A stretch of DNA of 64,000 nt from Spirochaetaceae bacterium (GTDB taxonomy: Bacteria; Spirochaetota; Spirochaetia; DSM-2461), in NCBI GenBank assembly GCA_051531975.1, contig JAOPTT010000005.1, forward strand, positions 96,001 to 160,000, read 5' to 3'. Under the pieces are notes generated by a model that saw only the letters and a list, made by a program, of their open reading frames with translations, had not been told where the DNA came from and did not search any database. How positions within the stretch are numbered: the stretch's first letter is position 1; every line of letters begins with the position of its first letter. Position numbers and translations under genes: made by a program. Below are positions 58,818 to 64,000 of this stretch, piece after piece.

Positions 58818-59903
58818 ATGATTATGGAGTTTAAAAATATAAATATATTAATCGTCGAGGACAGTCTAACTCAGTCTGTACAACTTCAATTCATGCTCGA
58901 AGGTAGGGGATATCAGGTTTCCTCAGCCCAAAATGGACAGGAAGGGTTTGAACAAGCACAACATCGGAAACCTTCCATAATAATCAGTGATATTACTATG
59001 CCGGTAATGGACGGCTGGGAATTGTGCCAAAAAATCAAATCGACTGATAATCTAAAAGATATCCCGGTTATACTTTTAACTGATTTGTCTCATCCTAATG
59101 ATATTATTAAAGGATTAAAAAGTGGAGCAGATAGTTTTCTTATTAAACCCCCTCAGGTAGACACACTTTTTTCACGGATTGATTTTATTCTTGCTAATCA
59201 GGAGTTAAGAGGAGGACAAATGGGAACCATGAGTCTGGATCTATATTTCTCTGGAGATATATATCATATCACTCCAGAACGAATTCAGATTGTCAATCTT
59301 CTATTTACTACTTTTGAGAATACTATTAAAGAGAATATATATCTTCAGAAAGCAAAACAAGATTTACACACAGTACAGAATACGCTTATTCAGCTAAAAG
59401 AAGAGCTAAAAGCACTTGCACTCCAGGACGAACTCACAAGTCTTAACAATTTACGAGGATTCAAGTCCCTGTCAGAGCATCAATTAAAAATGTGCAGATA
59501 TAAAAAGGAAAATATTATGCTCTTTTCCCTTGATGTTGATAAACTGAAGCAGATTAATGATTCCTTTGGACACTCTATGGGAAACTCTGCCCTAAAAGAC
59601 TCAGTGACTATTTTACACAAAACTTTCAGAAATACAGATATTTTTGCTCGAATTGAAGATTCTAAATTTGTAGTTCTGTCCATCGCCGAACCTACTGAGA
59701 CTGTTGATATATATATAAACCGTATAAAAGAAAATATTAAAGAATTCAATTCTATGGAGAAACGTCAGTATACGCTCTCAATCAGTGTTGGCACAGTTTT
59801 TTGTAGTTATGACAAATTTCTTTCTATAGAAGAACTTATAGAACTGGCTGACCAAGAATTATTGAGAGACAAACAGGGGACTAGAAATGGACAAGAGGTA
59901 TAA
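58818..59903 (+). CDS. REC plus degenerate GGDEF protein (WspR position)
   Basis: REC (VEDS, SDITMP). DELT.LNN and D.D.LK.IND.FGH are present, but the active-site motif reads EDSKF. RNTD I-site is retained. Confidence 0.88.
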   Translation: MIMEFKNINILIVEDSLTQSVQLQFMLEGRGYQVSSAQNGQEGFEQAQHRKPSIIISDITMPVMDGWELCQKIKSTDNLKDIPVILLTDLSHPNDIIKGLKSGADSFLIKPPQVDTLFSRIDFILANQELRGGQMGTMSLDLYFSGDIYHITPERIQIVNLLFTTFENTIKENIYLQKAKQDLHTVQNTLIQLKEELKALALQDELTSLNNLRGFKSLSEHQLKMCRYKKENIMLFSLDVDKLKQINDSFGHSMGNSALKDSVTILHKTFRNTDIFARIEDSKFVVLSIAEPTETVDIYINRIKENIKEFNSMEKRQYTLSISVGTVFCSYDKFLSIEELIELADQELLRDKQGTRNGQEV

Positions 59904-61617
59904 AGTTCTAGTTGTCGAAGACAGCCCTACCCAAGCGGAGGAACTAGGTTCAATTCTTGAACAGAGGAATTGTGTGGTTACATTGGCTTATAATGGGAAG
60001 GACGCTCTTAATTTGTTACAGGAAAATCCCCTAGATCTGATTATCAGCGATATCGTTATGCCCAGGATGAGTGGATTTAATCTATGCCGGGAAATAAGAA
60101 GTGACTTTAATCTAATGAATATACCTATAATTCTTCTTACATCGTTAATAGACCCTGTAGATGTTTTACAGATACTAGAATGTGGAGCCACTAACTTTTT
60201 AATAAAACCCTTCGATGATGTACTGCTATTCTCCTGTATTGAGCAAACCTTTGGAAATAGTGAAATTGATTGTGGAGAGGTTCCTAAGCAGAGGAAGAAA
60301 GTTATATTTAGGGGAGTAGAACATAAAATCTCTACAGAACCACAATATGTTATCGAATTCCTTATTTCAGCTTATGAAGATATGAGCCATAAAAAACTTG
60401 GACTGGAAAAAGCTAATGATAGATTGATGCAGGTTCTAGAGGAGAGGGAACTCCAAGAATTAGAATTGATTACTGCCAAAGAGGCTGCTGAATCAGTCAG
60501 TCTTGCAAAATCAGAATTCCTTGCCGGGATGAGCCACGAACTACGTACTCCTTTAAATGCAGTCATAGGATTCTCGGAGATGTTAAAGAAAAAATACTTT
60601 GGGGAGCTTAATGAAAAACAAGAGCAATATGTTCAGGATATTAAAGAGAGTGGTGAGCATCTTTTAAGTCTCATTAACGATACTTTGGATCTTTCTAAAA
60701 TAGAAGCTGGGAGAATGGATCTTTCATTGAAAGAGGTTCAGGTTCAGAAGCTTTTAAAAAACTCTTTGGTTATGATTAAAACTCTTAGTATTCAGAAGAA
60801 TATAGATTTGAAACTAAAAATTGCTGATGAGATAGAGACACTGAAATTCACCGTCGATGAACGTATGCTGAAGCAGGTTCTATATAATCTGCTTTCCAAT
60901 GCTTTGAAATTTACTCCTAATGGCGAGGAAATAATCTTACAGGCAGGTTTAAAAAAACAGGAAGTGATTATTACTATTATAGATTCTGGAATCGGAATCA
61001 GCCATGATGATCAGAGAAAAATATTTGATGATTTTTACCAGGTGGAAGGCAGTATGTTGGACAAAATTCCAGGTTCAGGGCTTGGGCTTAGCCTAGTCAG
61101 AAGTATGGTGGAGATGCATGGTGGTAGAATCAAGGTTGAAAGTGAGGGGTTGGGGAAAGGAAGTTCATTCAGTTTTTCAATACCTCTACATTTTTTTCCT
61201 GAAGAAAGTTTTGAGTTGAAAAAAGAAAAGGGCTTTCCAGTTTTACAGAAAAATGATGACCAGTTTGTAAGAAACCGTATTGATATAATTATAAGTTTTG
61301 CACAAAGGTATAAAAAAATATTTTCAATAGGATTTTTTCACATTGAAGGAAAATCTTTTGATCAGTCAATTGATGTTGCTTTAAACATATTGGTAAAGGC
61401 AAAACGGATTTATGACATTGTTGAGGCTGATATAGATGGATTCATCTATTTATTGATGCCTGAAACAGATAACACAGGTGCCAGGATTGCTTGTAACAGG
61501 GTTATAGACCTGATTAAAACTCAAACCGGTGAAAAGGATGCTGGATTCAATCTTGTGGAATATCCTGTAGATGGTGATACAGCTTTTACACTAATTGAAA
61601 AAGTTAGAAGATATTAA
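59887..61617 (+). CDS. Hybrid REC-histidine kinase with a C-terminal degenerate GGDEF-like domain
   Basis: [23 protein letters not shown] and GSGLGL. The tail has RIYD...LLMPETD..GA and YPVDG. Confidence 0.9.
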   Translation: MDKRYKVLVVEDSPTQAEELGSILEQRNCVVTLAYNGKDALNLLQENPLDLIISDIVMPRMSGFNLCREIRSDFNLMNIPIILLTSLIDPVDVLQILECGATNFLIKPFDDVLLFSCIEQTFGNSEIDCGEVPKQRKKVIFRGVEHKISTEPQYVIEFLISAYEDMSHKKLGLEKANDRLMQVLEERELQELELITAKEAAESVSLAKSEFLAGMSHELRTPLNAVIGFSEMLKKKYFGELNEKQEQYVQDIKESGEHLLSLINDTLDLSKIEAGRMDLSLKEVQVQKLLKNSLVMIKTLSIQKNIDLKLKIADEIETLKFTVDERMLKQVLYNLLSNALKFTPNGEEIILQAGLKKQEVIITIIDSGIGISHDDQRKIFDDFYQVEGSMLDKIPGSGLGLSLVRSMVEMHGGRIKVESEGLGKGSSFSFSIPLHFFPEESFELKKEKGFPVLQKNDDQFVRNRIDIIISFAQRYKKIFSIGFFHIEGKSFDQSIDVALNILVKAKRIYDIVEADIDGFIYLLMPETDNTGARIACNRVIDLIKTQTGEKDAGFNLVEYPVDGDTAFTLIEKVRRY

Positions 61618-61629
61618 GGGGATAGTTAA

Positions 61630-62019
61630 ATGATTACAAATCCAGAATTTCAGAAAAAAATATTAGCCTCATTTCAATTAGAAGTAGAAGTTGTACTAAA
61701 GCAGTTGAAATCCGGTTTATCTACAATAGAGAGTTCCATACCAAATCATAATAAATCTGAATTATTAATAATTCTTCACCGTAATTGTCATAGTTTAAAA
61801 GGTGCTGCACAATCTGTAGGTTTTTATCAGATCCAGATATTAAGTCAGGCGCTTGAGGATTTGTTCTCCCGATTGAAAGAGGATAAAATCTGTTTAGTAA
61901 AAGAAAATTTCAAAAGTATATATCGGGCTCTAGATATCATTGAGGCTTTATCATATTCAAAAGATGAATTAGTGATAGAAGGACTTACTGATCTTATTGG
62001 AGTAATAAATAAATTTTAG
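61630..62019 (+). CDS. Stand-alone Hpt phosphotransfer protein (CheA P1-like)
   Basis: [13 protein letters not shown] and LEDLF motifs. Confidence 0.88.
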   Translation: MITNPEFQKKILASFQLEVEVVLKQLKSGLSTIESSIPNHNKSELLIILHRNCHSLKGAAQSVGFYQIQILSQALEDLFSRLKEDKICLVKENFKSIYRALDIIEALSYSKDELVIEGLTDLIGVINKF

Positions 62020-62030
62020 GAGGAGTAACT

Positions 62031-64000
62031 ATGGAGATAATGATAGTAGAAGATAGTCCTACTCAAGCAGCTCAATTACAATTGTATCTGGAAGAACAGG
62101 GGTATGAAGTTCTTGTGGAAAAGAATGGTGTTCATGCTCTTAAATCTCTAGGTAATCACCAACCTGATATGGTTATTAGTGATGTGATTATGCCGGAAAT
62201 GAGCGGATACGAACTCTGTCAGGCTATGGTAAAAAACGAGCAGTTAAAAGATATTCCAATAATTCTCCTCACCTCTTTAAAAGATCCCTCAGCAGTTATT
62301 TATGCACTGGAAAGCGGAGCTACTAGTTTTGTAACAAAACCTCCAAATGAAGAGTTACTCTTATCCCGTATAAAACAGGCCTTTGAAAATAACAATGGCA
62401 GGGCTTCAGAGGACAGGCCTCTGAACTTTCTCTTAAATAGTTATGAAGATTCCATTTTTAGAAATGATTTACTAATGGATGCAAATCAAAAGATTTTACA
62501 GTTGACTGAAGAGTGGCAGAAATTGGCGGCAGTTGTGGAAAATAGTACAGACTTAGTCGCTATCTCTTCAATTGATGGACAATTCTTATATCTGAATGAA
62601 TCTGGTAAATCCCTACTGGGCATTAAAGTTTCTGATTTGAATTCATTAAATATATTTGAATACTGCTTAGATGATAAAAAAAACAGTATTAAAAATAAAA
62701 TACTAAATAAATCATTAACAAAAGGTTCGTGGAAAGGAGAAATAGAGTTAAAAAAACTCAATTCTAATCATATTATCACAGTATTCCTAAGCTCATTTAT
62801 TATCGTCAAATCTGATGGTATAAAAAAAGCCACTATCGGTTTTATTGGACATGATATAACAGAGAGGAATAAACAGCAGGTGAATTTATCAAAGAGCAAT
62901 AATCGGCTTGATAGAGCCCAAAGAATTGCTCACGTGGGAAGCTGGGAATGGGACGATGAAACTCAAGAAAGATACTATTCTGATGAAACATTCAGAATAA
63001 TTGGGCAAGAACCAGGTCAACCTAATAGTGAGAATATACAGGACCTGATCCATCCAGAAGACAATAAATTTGTGAAATCTTTTATAAAAATAAATAAGAT
63101 GACTGGAACCCCATTAAGTTTTGATCATCGAATTTTATTGAAAGATGGGAGGGTGAGATTTGTTCACCAGGAAATTGAGTTTGGATCTGCCCATAAGGGA
63201 GAAGTTAATAAATTGATTGGAACAATTCATGACATTACCGAACTGAAACTACATGAGTTGAAATTGATTGACGCTAAGGAGCAGGCAGAAAAAGCTAACA
63301 GATCAAAGAGCGAATTTCTAGCAGGTATGAGCCACGAATTACGAACACCTCTGAATGCAGTTATCGGTTTTTCTGATATTCTCCTGGATCAGTATTTTGG
63401 TGATCTAAATGAAAAACAGGAACAATATGTAAAAGATATTCTAGAGAGTGGAAAACATCTATTAAGTTTAATAAATGATATCCTTGATCTTTCTAAAATA
63501 GAAGCTGGGAAATTTGACTTGGAAATCAGTGATGTACCAATAAAGATGATGTTGAATAATAGTCTGACTATGATTAAAGAACGCTGCTTAAAACACAATA
63601 TACAGCTTGACCTGGATGTGTCTTTTAATGATGATTTGGTTATTTTAGCAGATGTCAGAAAATTGAAACAAGTGATTTATAATCTGCTCTCTAATGCTGT
63701 AAAATTTACTCCCAGTGGGGGATTTATTCGAGTGGGAGCTAAAATTGACAATTCGGATATGCTATTTTATGTATCTGATTCTGGTATCGGTATTTCGAAA
63801 GAGAATCAGATTAAGATATTTGAGGAGTTTTTTCAGGTTCAAGGTGGGGTAACGGATAAAACTCCTGGAACAGGTCTGGGGCTAAATATTGTTAAAGGAA
63901 TGGTTAATCTTCATGGTGGAAACATATGGGTTGAAAGTGAAGGGAAAGGAAGCTGTTTTTATTTTACAATCCCTCTGCTACCTGTTAAAACAGAGACCAA
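62031..64000 (+). CDS. Hybrid REC-PAS-PAS-histidine kinase (runs off the window)
   Basis: Not in the ORF track. ATG 62031 after [18 protein letters not shown]..., a PAS domain, AHVGSWEWD and IHPED (second PAS), [19 protein letters not shown] and GTGLGL. The last codons are in frame with no stop. Confidence 0.92.
   Translation, partial: MEIMIVEDSPTQAAQLQLYLEEQGYEVLVEKNGVHALKSLGNHQPDMVISDVIMPEMSGYELCQAMVKNEQLKDIPIILLTSLKDPSAVIYALESGATSFVTKPPNEELLLSRIKQAFENNNGRASEDRPLNFLLNSYEDSIFRNDLLMDANQKILQLTEEWQKLAAVVENSTDLVAISSIDGQFLYLNESGKSLLGIKVSDLNSLNIFEYCLDDKKNSIKNKILNKSLTKGSWKGEIELKKLNSNHIITVFLSSFIIVKSDGIKKATIGFIGHDITERNKQQVNLSKSNNRLDRAQRIAHVGSWEWDDETQERYYSDETFRIIGQEPGQPNSENIQDLIHPEDNKFVKSFIKINKMTGTPLSFDHRILLKDGRVRFVHQEIEFGSAHKGEVNKLIGTIHDITELKLHELKLIDAKEQAEKANRSKSEFLAGMSHELRTPLNAVIGFSDILLDQYFGDLNEKQEQYVKDILESGKHLLSLINDILDLSKIEAGKFDLEISDVPIKMMLNNSLTMIKERCLKHNIQLDLDVSFNDDLVILADVRKLKQVIYNLLSNAVKFTPSGGFIRVGAKIDNSDMLFYVSDSGIGISKENQIKIFEEFFQVQGGVTDKTPGTGLGLNIVKGMVNLHGGNIWVESEGKGSCFYFTIPLLPVKTET

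Overview
AT-rich bacterial chromosome segment with densely packed genes, most likely from a free-living anaerobic spirochaete. The taxonomy is an inference from the 'FAGxxxE'-type signal peptide, the antiporter-PTS EIIA fusion and the overall gene set. From left to right it contains: the 5' end of pyruvate:ferredoxin oxidoreductase; MscS; a methyltransferase-efp-epmA unit; two tandem 57-aa 2[4Fe-4S] ferredoxins missed by the ORF track; trpS; a parDE toxin-antitoxin pair; MATE with a two-component system; and a Rex/CBS-kinase/DRTGG/PHP operon divergent from a probably electron-bifurcating [FeFe]-hydrogenase operon. Further on are more signalling genes, a glycerol-kinase-5-like FGGY kinase, ddl, murE, a degenerate QueD coupled to an orphan DNA adenine methyltransferase, feoABC, class III FBPase, and a sugar ABC system with YesMN-like regulators. 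From about 51 kb there is a Wsp-type chemosensory cluster whose GGDEF domains are degenerate, preceded by a possible IS30-like remnant. I saw no rRNA, tRNA, CRISPR array or intact transposase. The most interesting leads are the metazoan-GK5-like kinase, the hydrogenase-associated kinase/phosphatase/nucleotide-sensing module, the pseudo-QueD plus DNA methyltransferase operon, and the rewired Wsp pathway. All family calls come from motif recognition by eye; no database searches were run.
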